The notes under the pieces are model-generated. The model saw nothing but the letters and a program-made list of their open reading frames with translations, did not search any database and was not told the origin of the DNA. Both the position numbers and the translations under genes were made by a program. Shown here in pieces: positions 52,560 to 64,000 of a stretch of DNA of 64,000 nt (positions are counted from its first letter, which is position 1; each line of letters starts with the position of its first letter). This DNA comes from Octopus sinensis (taxonomy: Eukaryota), in assembly GCF_006345805.1 (NCBI RefSeq), contig NC_042999.1, positions 93,062,001-93,126,000 on the forward strand, given 5' to 3'.

Positions 52560-53200
52560 GTTGATATATTTTTCTATAATGTATACATATACAGAGAGAG
52601 AGAGAGTTAGTTTTTATGTTTTAATCATAGCAATGTCCGGTTTGTTTATTTTCTTTAAGTACTTTATATGTTTAGCGGTTTTAGGAATGTATATTATTTG
52701 TTTTTGGTTAAATGAATTACCTTGTGGAACTGGGGTATGTTATTGCTTTGGTTATTAGCTTTCTTTATTTTATAGTTTTATGTGTCTATATTTTCTTTCA
52801 ATTTATAAGTTTAATAAATTCTGTTTACTATGCTTACTATGTCTTTATGTTGTGAGGTTTTTATGTTCCATAGTTCTTTAGGTAGTAATGTCTGTTCTGA
52901 TTAATATTCTTTATTTTATATACTTCAGTTGATTTCTGTGTTTAGTAGCTGGAGTTATGTGAAGGTATATTTTGGAGATTTGGTGTTCGTACTTGTGCTT
53001 TGTAACTATATGATACAGACAAGAACATAATGATTTGACGCTGAACACTTGTATTTTGTACTCTTTTCCTAAGTAGCGTTTATATACTGGAGTGGAAACC
53101 GTAATCAATAACCGTTAGGCAGCTGAAGATGGGTTGTCTACATTTGCTATATTTGTTTATTTGTATAATTTTAACGTTGTGAATCTTGTATTTTATATAT
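52560..53200 (-). mobile_element. Possible heavily decayed Penelope-like RT C-terminal region
   Basis: Weak motifs EKSTKYKCSASNHY and IYIPKTAKHIKYLKKINKPDI; many stops. Confidence 0.25.
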
Positions 53201-54927
53201 TTCGGAGTTGCCGTCTATTGAGAGGTTAATTTCTATGATGGCCAAAACCTTTACGGGAATTTATAGTTCATAATGTTTTTCTAGTGTGTCCCTATCTATT
53301 CTACTTATCTATCAATCTGTTGATTTTCAGGCATATGCATATAGGGTTTCTGGCAATTCCTTTCAAAGAAAAAAAAATTGATTACATCATATAAGTAGGC
53401 ATGTATATAATACAGAAGACATATTCCGAAGATCTCATGAAATAGAACTGAAGCCAAACCCACAGGGACGCATTTTATATATATATATTTATATATATAT
53501 TTAAACATCAATTCATTCACTTCTGTACACAGACGCATGTGTGTATGTAAATGCATATAGGTGTTCGTGTGTGTGCGCATGTGTGTGTGTGTGTGCGTTT
53601 GTGTCTGTATCTTTATCTGTGTGTCTGTGTGTTTGTACATTTACTTATAAGATATAAAAATTATTGACACAAACAAATCTACGATTTATAACGTTATAAA
53701 TATAACTTACTCCCAATCTCTTAGATAATACGCTATTATGTTAGATATAGCTAGTGTTTCTAGCATGACAGATGACCATGTGGAAAACTAGAGCAAATAT
53801 CAAAGTTTCTTTCCCATACTGGCATGTCATAAAACTGAATTTAATCTATTTTTGGCTTTGCTTTTTTTCAGACTTGGGTAGCTTATTCACAGAAAATGAA
53901 ACACTTTTTTAATGACAATAAAACATGAATACAGGGAATTTTAGACAAATAAAATCTTTAATGCTATAGTAAAGCAGTAAACGAAGGAACACTTCAATAG
54001 AATATACAGCGAGTGGAAAAATTTCACTTTTATATATCATAGATTACTTTCCAATAAGATGCAATGTACAAACTTATCAGTGATATACACGCTGTATTTT
54101 ATTGAAAAGCTAGCCATGATAGTCCGGTGCCTTCTGCACGGGGTCAAACAATCTATCATAATCAAAACACTAGAAAATTTCTGATAGAAGTCATTGATCT
54201 AGGAGTATTTGTAATTCATGTAAATATTTAATAATTTCTCAATATTATTAACACAAGGGATACAAACTTATTAAATTGTTCTATAAGAGATAATATTTTT
54301 CATGGTTTTATAGTTATTCTCTGCTTTAAACAGGGTTGTAATACATTCATGTTTCTATCCTATCTCCACATTCTGTTATTATTCGGCTTTATAGATTTGA
54401 AACACGGAATATTAGGCATATTGCCCAAACTCACGTCTGCGTCCTTGTCGAATTTTGAACGGTTGACTGCCATATGACAAAATTTCATTAAACGTATTAA
54501 AAGCACTGATCGACGATTCATTGAAGCAACAGAAAAAAGAAAACAACGTATAATATTGATTGAAATTAAACATCACCATACGAGAGACACAAAACAATAC
54601 AAAAGTGTGAAATTTGCCAGACATTCTATTTAGATTCGAAAACAAATATATAGCATTTCTTTGTTCTTTGACAGATCTTAGCACTGTGCCAGATTCGTGA
54701 AAACATTTATGCTGAGAAATCTTGAAAATGAAAATCTCTATATTTCATTTTGCGCATATTATTGACAATTGCAATCTGTTCTACTTTGTCTATCCTCTCG
54801 CGTTTGAGGTATATTGTTATAACAACTTTAAATAGTTGAATCATTTAAAGAATGAAAGCTGCGATAATCATTATTTTATACGTACATAGATGTCCAGAGA
54901 TGTGCATTGTATTTATGTATACGTATG

Positions 54928-54977
<50 letters not shown>

Positions 54978-55119
54978 CGTGTTCGCGTGTGTGTATGTGT
55001 AAATATATATGCATGTATATATGTATGTATACACACGCATATGTATGTATACATAGCTGCCTTCTTGTATACGAGCAAAGCTATTGCTAGAAAGAATCAT
55101 GGAAATGAGTTAATGTTGA

Positions 55120-55400
55120 TGCAATATGAGGATCTTGTATGACTCTTGAGGTCGGCGAAAGTTTTGCACATTCTATGACATAATGCACAACAGTGCCTTC
55201 CGACAAGCAGAGGAAACAGGTGCCACAATATGAACTCCTTTGACATGCTCTTGCAATCCTTTCCACACATTTCCACATGTTGCACACGTTCTGTTGTGAA
55301 TAACTGCCATTTCACAAATTACCATGAATCGATTCCTGTGAGTTCTCTGATGGCTGACCAGGCCCGCACGACTCAAGCACCTCCTCACACAAACCACTCA
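55120..55400 (-). mobile_element. RTE-like 3' fragment with C2H2-type zinc fingers
   Basis: CVRRCLSRAGLVSHQRTH and CALCHRMCKTFADLKSH, typical of RTE ORF C-termini. Confidence 0.55.
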
Positions 55401-55697
55401 CACAATAAATAACACCATTTCATTCTCCACACGTTCATTCGCCTAATCTCAGGGAGAGAGAAAAAGATAGAGGCAGATATAGCTATGTAGACAGATACAC
55501 ACACAGATACATATACATTTAGTGTAGTATATAAACACTAATAACTCAACAAAGAAAGAAGAAATTGGTACGAATGTGGTATAAGTTTGTAGCTTGAAAA
55601 TTAAGAATTTCATATACGTGGGGAATATATGTGTATGTTTTTGCGTGTGTATGTGAAGTGGTAAATACGAAGGTTATGGTCAATGAGGAGAGTAGAC

Positions 55698-55960
55698 GTG
55701 ATACCAATAGTAATTGTTGCACCTAGAACTATCAGCACCCAACTACCAGCATGACTCAAAAAGTTTAGTACAAATGTAAAGATAGAACACCTACAAAATT
55801 CAGTATTGCTTGGAACTGCAAGAATTCTTCGCGTGGTTCTTGAAACATGACCAGCAAACAAGTGTCACTTTAGTCTGCTGGCTGGTGGACATCTGACACT
55901 TTCCATCGCACCCAGCAAAATAGCTGAGATTTCATATACTACTACTACTACTACTACTAC
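55698..55960 (+). mobile_element. Extreme 3' end of another R4/Dong-type element with a (TAC)n tail
   Basis: VIPIVI...EHLQNSVLLGTARILRVVLET* then a short UTR and ACT repeats. Confidence 0.65.
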
Positions 55961-56613
55961 AACTACTGCTGCTGCTGCTGCTGCTACTGCCACTACTGCT
56001 ACTGCTCTGCTGCTGCTGCTGAGGATGATGATGATGACGACGACGAATATGATAAAGCACTTAGCACATAACCGAAAATACTACATAAAATTCTGATAGA
56101 AATTCGAACTTAAAATCGCATTGCTGATCTGCAGAAAAGTACCATCTTATAGTTTGAAGAATCCTGAAAAATATTCTTGAGATATGAGGAAACTTGTTAC
56201 CAAACATCAAGATAAAAAATACTAGCAAACTAAATTAAGATGCACGAATATAATGATTATACAAATAGGGTAAATAACAGTAGTAATAATATTAGAAGAA
56301 GAATATTAATAAGACTAGAAATGGTAGTAAAAATAGCAATAGTGATGAAGATAATGGCGGCTCGTGTTGGTTAGGAAGAAACAAATTAACACTCATACAG
56401 AAACCCTCGGATCATGATTTGTTACTAATGGTAGTTGTATGCGTTTCATTTGATTAGAGCCTGAAATAGGGGAATGAAAATGTCCAAGGACACTCATCAA
56501 AGCATATGTCAGTAACTCTCGATCAAAAATGTGGGATGAAAAGGGGAAAATATCACTCATAGTCCAATGTAAAAAGTAGGCTAATAGAATTAAATGCAAT
56601 GAAAAATTAAAAT

Positions 56614-56650
56614 GCGCAGGAGTGGCTGTGTGGTAAGTAGCTTGCTAACC
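56614..56650 (+). mobile_element. SINE family 1 tRNA-like head, interrupted by the Tx1 element
   Basis: gcgcaggagtggctgtgtggtaagtagcttgctaacc matches the 5' end of the 14676-15093 copy. Confidence 0.85.
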
Positions 56651-59532
56651 TCACTGACTGAAGAGTGACTTTGCTTACCTTACTACGGTTTGGACGCGTT
56701 TTCTTCCCGGTAAGAGTTTTGCTGTGTTGTTAATATTACTTCGTACCATCTGGAACTTGTTGAATTTTACTACTGAAAATTTGTTTTTGAACGTTGTTGA
56801 ACTCTCTTGTTCCCCGGTAAAACCGGGGAATAATTGGATAATTTGTTACTGTTGAACTGTTAGCCATTGTGGCTTTTTTATCTACATGACTGTATACAGT
56901 CTTGCCAGACTATCCTCGTGCCCTTCCCCCGAATGGGGGTGGGAATTAAACCTAATTTTTGAACTGCCTTTTACCACTCATTGAACTGCTTGGAAGAAAA
57001 CCTTTTTTAGGTTTCCCAGTTTTGTGGGAAACCAATATTTGTATTTTTGTGTTGTCTATTACTAATTTCAACAGAATAATGTCTGTTGAGATTATTCACG
57101 AAAATAGTGCTCTAGAGGAGAGCAATGTTGATAACTGTAGTAAAACATTTTCGGCGGTAGCCGCAGTGGCAACCGAGAAAATTGACATCAATGTCAATCA
57201 GCTCGTCGAGCTATTTAAAAGACTGAAAGAGGAAGGTGGTGATATTAAAATATCATCCTCCGCCAGTATCGTGGAGACCGAGAAGCGGACCGTAGTGTTT
57301 AAAACCTTCTGTCCACAAAGCAGAAAGTTCAAACACTTTGAAAAAATACTATCGAGAAATGCCTGTCCCCGATTTGGAAGGACATTGTGTACGTCGCCAG
57401 GGGACGGGCATATGGCACTGTGGAGGTCCGCTTCTCGGGGGAAGAGGTGGCCCCCGGGCATTCTGTGAATCCCCTTAAAACCAAGGAGGTGGTACTTCTG
57501 CCAACCTATAGGGGACGCAGGACGTCCCGGGTCATGATTGCAGAAGCACCGCCGGAAGTAGATCCCGTAGAGGTAGTGGTCGCCCTGTTATATAAAAGGA
57601 CGGACAAAATTAAAATATTACAGGTAACATGCTCTGTTCCTCAATATTGGCTTGGGCGAGACATTAATGTAATAATTCAAGGAACACAGGAGGACCTGCA
57701 GGTCCTTCCTGAGAAGGTGCTCGTGGGTGAGAATGTGGCCCTCAGGGTACAGGTCGAAGGCCGAAAACCCACCTGTTACGCCTGCGGCAAAAGGGCCACG
57801 TTCGTGTAGACTGTCCAGACAAGCAAAAGAAACCGCAGACACCAGGCCCCTCAGATAATAAAAAAATCCCTACCCTTGGAAACTCACCTAACTCTATAAA
57901 AACAAAAAGTCCCACTCCTGCTGTTACGGTGCCAACCCCAAAACAAACTGACAAAAAAACCCAGCCCTTGCACTCACAAACCCCTACATTATTAATACCT
58001 CCCACCCACTTAAAAACTGCGGCGCTTACCGAACAAAATATTGCTACCCTAAACGATACCATGGAGGTATTAGAGGGGGATTTACAACAGTTCGTAAAAG
58101 AATTAGTGTATCATCCCCGTCCACATCCCCTACAAAAAATAATAAAAACAAAGACACACCACAGACACGAAAAAAAATCCCGCCCAACTGGCCCAGAAAA
58201 AGAAGACAAAAAACTTAACGCATATTAATTGAATATGATACACAAAACAAATATATAAACGATATTATGGTTCCGCATCACACAGCAAGACTGTACAACA
58301 AACACAAAGATCGAAACGAAAGATATGCGTGGATTGCGGAAACAACGTTCAAACAATTAAAAGACAGACACCCAAAGGCCATCCGGCGTATCGCGAACTT
58401 GCCGGATTATCTGAAGAAGGAGGAGAAAGAAGGGGCCCACAAATATGTGGTGAGGTCGGCCCCAACCTCTCCAACGAAATGTAAGTAGAACTTTTACTTT
58501 TTGTAATGGCTTCTCTTAACCTTGATTGTTTAAATGTGCGTGGTCTGAGTTCGAAGTGGAAGCAGGCTTGTTTCCTTGACGACCTCAGATCACATGATAT
58601 ACATGTGATGGTTGCTACAGAGACTAAGCTGGACAGCCTACAAACCTTCTCGCCTCTCCTGAATGGCTACGAGAAAATCATGTCTCCTGGCCAGACCGGA
58701 GGGCGAGGGGGTGTAGTGGTACTGATCCGTAAAGACTTGGCTCTGCAGACAAGTACAGTCTATGTGGACCCAGAAGGTGGGCTGGTCGTCCTTGATGTGA
58801 CATACAGCAGTAAGGCCTTCAGGTTGATCGGACTCTATACACATTGTGCTAGAGGTTTCCAAACTGATATTTATCGGCGCCTCGAGGGCTTTCTCGTGAC
58901 GTCGAAGACTTTAGTGGTATTAGGGGACTTTAATGCTATCGTTGACGTACACATCGATAATGTTGGCTCGATCTATAGGAAATGGAACTCACGTCTCGTG
59001 GATCTGCTTAAGCGGTTTCAGCTGGCAGATCGTTACAGACTTGACCATCTGAACGTCCCAGAGTGGACCTGGATGAGTGGCGACGGAAGGTTCAAGTCTT
59101 ATCTAGACAGGATAGTGATAAGAACTAGAGATAAGTCTAGTTTTAGTTGTCCACAGCTCGTCCAGGTGCCCTATACTGATCACAGAATGGTCAAGTGTAG
59201 ACTGGACATAGATAGCACACTTAAGATAGGAACCGGCTACTGGAAGCTGAACAAGTCTATTTTGACTCGCGAGGCATACCGTAGCCGGATTAAGGAGTTA
59301 GTGCAGAGGGCGTTAACAGGAGCCGTGGTTAATAACCGGTGGTGGTTGGCCCTCAAAAGAGCCATTCGATTCGAGTCCATTAGATTTAGTAAACAACTAG
59401 ATAGGGCTAGAATAGAAGGGCAACTAGTTAAGAACTTAGAGGAGGCTTTGAGGTTGAGCTCTGCATCTCACATTTTAGCGGCGAGAACGGCATTAGACCG
59501 TCACCTCAAAACCAAACATGAGGGATGTAGAG
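56651..59532 (+). mobile_element. Tx1/L1-clade non-LTR retrotransposon, 5' end present, 3' part lost
   Basis: 5' UTR with a 12-bp hairpin (ttgttccccggt-aaa-accggggaataa), a frameshifted ORF1 with zinc knuckle, and an ORF2 APE domain. Confidence 0.88.
57079..58488 (+). pseudogene. Tx1 ORF1 (gag-like), frameshifted
   Basis: MSVEIIHEN..RTVVFKTF, YVARGRAYGTVEVRF..PTYRGRRTSRV, and CYACGK(K)GHVRVDCP CCHC knuckle broken by a 1-nt deletion. Confidence 0.8.
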
Positions 59533-59546
59533 TTGAATATGGCTAA
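58506..59546 (+). CDS. Tx1 ORF2 N-terminal AP-endonuclease domain (truncated before RT)
   Basis: 346 aa with CLNVRGL, VATETKL, VLGDFNAI, YLDRIV, YTDHRMV and GYWKLNKSIL; ends at the inverted junction with the hammerhead element. Confidence 0.9.
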   Translation: MASLNLDCLNVRGLSSKWKQACFLDDLRSHDIHVMVATETKLDSLQTFSPLLNGYEKIMSPGQTGGRGGVVVLIRKDLALQTSTVYVDPEGGLVVLDVTYSSKAFRLIGLYTHCARGFQTDIYRRLEGFLVTSKTLVVLGDFNAIVDVHIDNVGSIYRKWNSRLVDLLKRFQLADRYRLDHLNVPEWTWMSGDGRFKSYLDRIVIRTRDKSSFSCPQLVQVPYTDHRMVKCRLDIDSTLKIGTGYWKLNKSILTREAYRSRIKELVQRALTGAVVNNRWWLALKRAIRFESIRFSKQLDRARIEGQLVKNLEEALRLSSASHILAARTALDRHLKTKHEGCRVEYG

Positions 59547-60019
59547 CCGAAAAGGGTTTACAAACTACAGTAGCATCCACCCTTTTGGGTTAGCCATATT
59601 CAAATGGCATATATGCATCACGTTGTGTTACCGCTACTGTTTATAACTCGCTCTGAGATTTATCATTGTTTGACTTCACTTTTTCAATATCAGTGTCATA
59701 TCGACACTGGAAAAAGTATATGTATTTGTGAAGGAATCCGACTTCTCGTCGACAACCATGATTGTCACACGCTGATGAAAGGTAAACACCTTGAAGCTCG
59801 GGTACGTGTGTATCATGTGTTGAAGACGGGGAGGATGACTCCCCTTCACAAATACTGACAGGACACAGATAGTGTGTCTATAGCCAGCGGAAGGAGGTGT
59901 CTTCCTGGGGCTACAAACTACAGTAGCATCCACCCTTTTGGGTTAGCCATATTCAAATGGCATATATGCATCACGTTGTGTTACCGCTACTGTTTATAAC
60001 TCGCTCTGAGATTTATCAT
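59533..60019 (+). mobile_element. Penelope-type / retrozyme-like non-coding unit (353-bp monomer + 108-bp terminal redundancy + 25-nt inverted extension)
   Basis: 59559-59666 = 59912-60019; 59533-59557 is the reverse complement of 59579-59603 (1 mismatch); internal hammerhead. Confidence 0.75.
59766..59810 (+). ncRNA. Type I hammerhead ribozyme motif (two probable point changes)
   Basis: CACACG-CUGAUGA-AAGGU-AAAC-ACCUU-GAAG-CUCGG-GUA-CGUGUG: perfect 6-bp helix I and 5-bp helix II; GAAG instead of GAAA. Confidence 0.7.
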
Positions 60020-60260
60020 ATATATATATATATATGTATATATGTTTGTGTGTCTGTTTTTGTCCCCCCAACATCGCTTGACAACAGATGGTGGTGTGTT
60101 TATGTCCTCGTAACTAAACGGTTCGGCAAAAGAGACCGATAGAATAAGTACTAGGCTTCCAAAGAATAAGTCCTGTGGTTGATTTGCTCGAATAAAGGCG
60201 GTGCTCCAACATGGCTACTGTCAAATGACTGAAACAAGTAAAATAGTAAAAGAGTAAAAG
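60020..60260 (+). mobile_element. SINE family 1, 3' half
   Basis: tttgtcccccaacatcgcttgacaac..cggttcggcaaaagagaccgatagaataagtactaggc..aaatgactgaaacaagtaaa. Confidence 0.85.
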
Positions 60261-60274
60261 GGTGATTAATTATT

Positions 60275-60475
60275 GGTTTCAAGTTTTGGCACAAGGCCTG
60301 CTATTTCCGGAGGAAGGATACGTTCTCCAGTGCTTAGCTGGTAATTATTTTATCGACCCCGAAAGGTTGAAAAGCAAAGTCGACCTCGGCGAGATTTGAA
60401 CACAGAGAGTAAAAAAGACGAAATGCTGCTAAACATTTAGTCCGGCGTGCTGACGATTCTGACAGCGCTCTAGCT
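60275..60475 (-). mobile_element. SINE family 2
   Basis: ttttatcgaccccgaaaggttgaaaagcaaagtcgacctcggcgagatttgaac..ccggcgtgctgacg. Confidence 0.75.
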
Positions 60476-61214
60476 TAGCTTGTTTAATTCATTAAGCAAT
60501 CAAACAGCTTAATTGTTACCTGCTTAGTAAATTAGTTATCTAAAACTATTGCATCGACATGGTAGAGAGTAAATAGTTCTGCTATTTGAATTTTTGAAAT
60601 GCCGAAAGTTCGAATGGCTGTAGTGCAATGGAATAGTACGTAATTTATGTTACTTCAATCCGTTAACCGGATAAACACTTGATACGGAAATGGCTCCTCA
60701 AAGACTGATATATGCTTTAGGAGCAAAAGGAAATGTAATACATCTTGAAGAATACATTTATATAACTTAGGAAACCATAAAATGAGAAACTGATTCGCCA
60801 TATGGTCAGAAATGAAAGCGGGCGTGTGAAAGATTAATGGATATTAGGCTAAGGCCCCTCGAAATAGAATTTAGAAGTGAAATATTAGGGTTTCTTCACC
60901 ATCAATTTCTAACACACTCTCTAACGGCTAAAATTACTTTTATTGTTGGTGGTAATATTAGTTTTATTGTTAGCAATTTCATTGTTATTATTGTTATTGT
61001 TTTTATCCATTTACATTATTATTGCGGAACTTTTCAGTCGGATCGTTTACATGCAAATAAGTTAGAAACAGAGTGATACGGAATCAATCGCAACTAGCAG
61101 TAAGATTTTGACAGATTGATTCGTCACCTATATATATATATATATATAAATATATAAGAACTTACTGTCGACAAGGCTGCATGTCGTTCGATTATAAATA
61201 TATAAAAAATACAC

Positions 61215-61600
61215 ATTAGGTACAGGATAAAATGTGTTTGTTGAATAAATGTTTGTATCTGTGTGTCTGCATGAAGTATGAAGTGTTTGTCCACTAACAT
61301 TAGGGATATACTTCCTACACAAGTCTTGACTGTGAGTGAGAAATACTACGTTTCGGCGGCACTTCCTTTTCTGGGTGCTAGGGCCTGGAATGTAGGAGAT
61401 GCAGTCCTTAAACCCGCTGGATGCGACTGCTTAGTTGTAGTAGAGTGCATTAGGGTCTAAGATATCTTGACTAAAGAATAGATTCGAGATCCTCTGGCCG
61501 ACATCCTTCACTAGGTTTTCTAACTCGATAGGGTGGTGGCAGGAGGTTGTGTTGATATACGACAGCTCCTCATTTAGCATACGATATCAGCGGCAGAGAT
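61215..61600 (-). mobile_element. Penelope-like RT C-terminal/linker fragment
   Basis: YRMLNEELSYINTTSCHHPIELENLVKDVGQRISNL..SGFKDCISYIP..KRKCRRNVVF..LVDKHF matches PLE RT thumb-linker motifs. Confidence 0.7.
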
Positions 61601-61667
61601 AAAAACGGTATCTTCCCTGAAATTGCAGGCCTTGTGCCAAAATTTGAAATCAATATTTATCAATGAT

Positions 61668-61835
61668 AAGGCGGCGAGTTGGCAGAATGACCAGAGCGTT
61701 GGACAGAATGTTTAGCGGTATTTCGTTCTGAGTCCAAGGTCCGCCGATGTCGAATTTGCTTTTCATCCTTTCGGGGTCGATGTGATCGACTAGTACCCTC
61801 CACCAAAATTACAGGCCTTGTGCCTATTAGAAAGG
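61668..61835 (+). mobile_element. SINE family 2, internally deleted
   Basis: aaggcggcgagttggcagaat..tttcatcctttcggggtcgat..acaggccttgtgccta. Confidence 0.75.
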
Positions 61836-62106
61836 AATATTTACCAATGTTATAACCACACAGCGTGCAACGAATAAAGTGAAAGTAATTCACTTTTTGT
61901 AGTGAGTGACTCTTTCACTCTGCATTCCCACTTCCTCTTTACACACATAGACACGCAAATATATAAATAAAATTGTAAGCTAACGTGTGTGTGTGCGTGT
62001 GTGTGAGTGTGTGTGTGTGCGTGTGTGTGTGTGTGAAGGTGCGTGTGTGTGTGTGTGAAGGTGCGCGTGTGTGTGTGTATGTGCGTGTGCGTGAGTGTGT
62101 GACTGG

Positions 62107-62623
62107 AAAGTTTTTTAGGACGAATATAAGATCTAAAGTATATACAAGTAGCAGAAAGATCGCCCAAAAGTGTATATAGATATTTAAATGTATTTATATA
62201 TTCATCTATACACAGATATATGTATAATGTGTGTGTATATATTTCCATAGACGTAACCATTCACTCCGCACAAAGTTTTTTAGGACGAAAATAAGATCTA
62301 AAGTTATCTCTAAGTAGCACAAAGATCGCCCAAAAGTGTATATAGATATATAAATGTATTTATATATTCATCTATGCACACATGTATGTATAACGTGTGT
62401 GTATATATTTCCATAGAGGTAACCATTCACTCCATACAAAGTTTTTTTGGACGAAAATAAGATCTAAAATTATCTCTAAGAAACAGAAAGATCGCCCAAA
62501 AGTGTATATAGATATTTAAATGTATTTATGTATTCATCTATACACACATGTATGTATAATGTGCGTGTATATATTTCCATAGAGGTAACCATTCAATCCA
62601 TACAAAGTTTTTTAGGACGAAAA
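62107..62623. repeat. Tandem satellite, 3 units of 165-166 bp plus a partial fourth
   Basis: aaagttttt(t)aggacgaa at 62107, 62272, 62438 and 62604. Confidence 0.92.
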
Positions 62624-62625
62624 TA

Positions 62626-63455
62626 TTTATATATAAAAGAAAGGTTGTGTGTCTGTCTACTCCGATTTAGATTCCTAACTACTCCCACATTTTGCGATGC
62701 AGTTTAACCAAAACCGGGTATCTTATAGTCGTGATTCATATCGAGCCCTTCTGGGTATTAGCGCGCGTCTACGATGAGTCTATGATTTTACAAATAATTT
62801 ACCATCATTTCTTTCCATTTTAAATAAAGGGAAGTAACTCTCAAACTTCACACCAATATGCGTGCTCATATGCGACGTAATATCACATCAGCAGCATTTC
62901 CTCACACCCTCCTAGCACTTGGCGAAGGCAAAATACCAGGGGATGAAAATGGTAATATTGCCATCGATTCCATTTGTACCATTGTTAAGACGCCTTCTGA
63001 TCTCAGAGATGCAGTGTTCCCAGATCTACAAGCTAATTATCAGAATATGGATTGGATTGGCAAAAAGGCTATACTGGCCCCGAGGAATAAAACTGTTCAC
63101 CATATTAATGATGAAATGCTAAAACTCATTCCTGGGGAAGTCTATGTATATCAGTCTATCGATACAACTCCTGACCCAGAGGACGTCATCAACTATCCAA
63201 TAGAGGTACTCAATTCCTTTGAGCACCCCGGACTACCACCACACTTTCTCAAACTTAAAGTTGGTGCCCCTATAATGCTCATCAGAAATTTGGTTCCCCC
63301 AAAACAATGCAATGGCACACGTTTGATCGTTAAGTCCTTATCTCCTACCGTAAATTTATATCAATATTTGCCTGAATAATCATCATAATTCAGTGCAATC
63401 ATTAACAGTACTTTCAAGCAATTCAGCCCCGAGCAACACCGGGCAATTCTGCTAG
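62626..63455 (+). mobile_element. Non-autonomous Helitron with both termini and an internal PIF1 helicase fragment
   Basis: 5' A|TTTATATATAAAA (TC-like start); ORF 62858-63379 with AILAPRN..VYQSID..LKLKVGAPIMLIRNL..CNGTRL; 3' hairpin cccg-agcaacac-cggg then CTAG|T. Confidence 0.88.
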
Positions 63456-63472
63456 TATATATATATATATAT

Positions 63473-63580
<108 letters not shown>

Positions 63581-64000
63581 ATATACACACACACACATAT
63601 ATATATATATGTATTTATAGCATATATTTACGTACAACTGCTTCTCAGTCTCTTTCTGTTTCTCTCTTTCTCTATCTGTGTGACTATTTAAGTACATGCA
63701 CACGCTAGGTAAAATTTTTACGGCAAAAATAACAATGTAATTATTAGTATACCGCCCTCTGAAAGACCAAGAAAATGTATTTTTGACATTTCAATCTTTT
63801 TGTCTTTTTACTTTCTTTTTAGAAAGTAAGATTTGTTGGAAGAAAGTGAAGTGGTCCAGATGGAAAGAAATGTGGCAGTAACGAAAAGTGTGTTGTTTCG
63901 TGTTAAATTATGTTTATTAAAGATCGACATATTTCTGTGAATGTGTGTGTGTGTGCGTTAGTGCTTGTATCTGTGCATACAGAAACCCATTTATATGTTT

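Noticed and set aside
54412-54684. 90-aa minus ORF and a plus-strand open stretch
   Set aside because: No domain signature; length expected by chance

Overview
AT-rich, microsatellite-dense eukaryotic DNA made almost entirely of transposable elements and their debris. I find no supportable host gene, rRNA, true tRNA or CRISPR array. The SINE types and element mix resemble an octopus (coleoid cephalopod) genome; this is an inference from memory of such repeats, not a search result. Contents: (1) several restriction-like-endonuclease (RLE) non-LTR retrotransposons of the R4/Dong type, including one uninterrupted 666-aa RT-CCHC-RLE frame whose 5' truncation abuts a (TAA)n tract; (2) a decayed Helitron RepHel and a non-autonomous Helitron with both ends; (3) a Tc1 element with TIRs and TA TSD, and a mariner/maT-type fragment; (4) an RTE LINE with an inverted 5' part; (5) a Tx1/L1-clade element inserted in a SINE head; (6) Penelope-like fragments with several hammerhead-ribozyme motifs; (7) two tRNA-derived SINE families; (8) a 1496-bp tandem duplication and several satellites. 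The most interesting candidate is a 353-bp non-coding unit at 59533-60019. It has a 108-bp terminal direct repeat, a 25-nt inverted extension and a type I hammerhead at the tip of a long stem-loop, which is the architecture of a Penelope-mobilised retrozyme or circRNA-forming element. Next in interest are a highly structured non-coding RTE-like insertion (20812-21359), twin-priming-like inversions in two non-L1 LINE clades, and possible Tx1 targeting of SINE tRNA heads. All RNA folds were done by eye and all family names rest on motif recognition.
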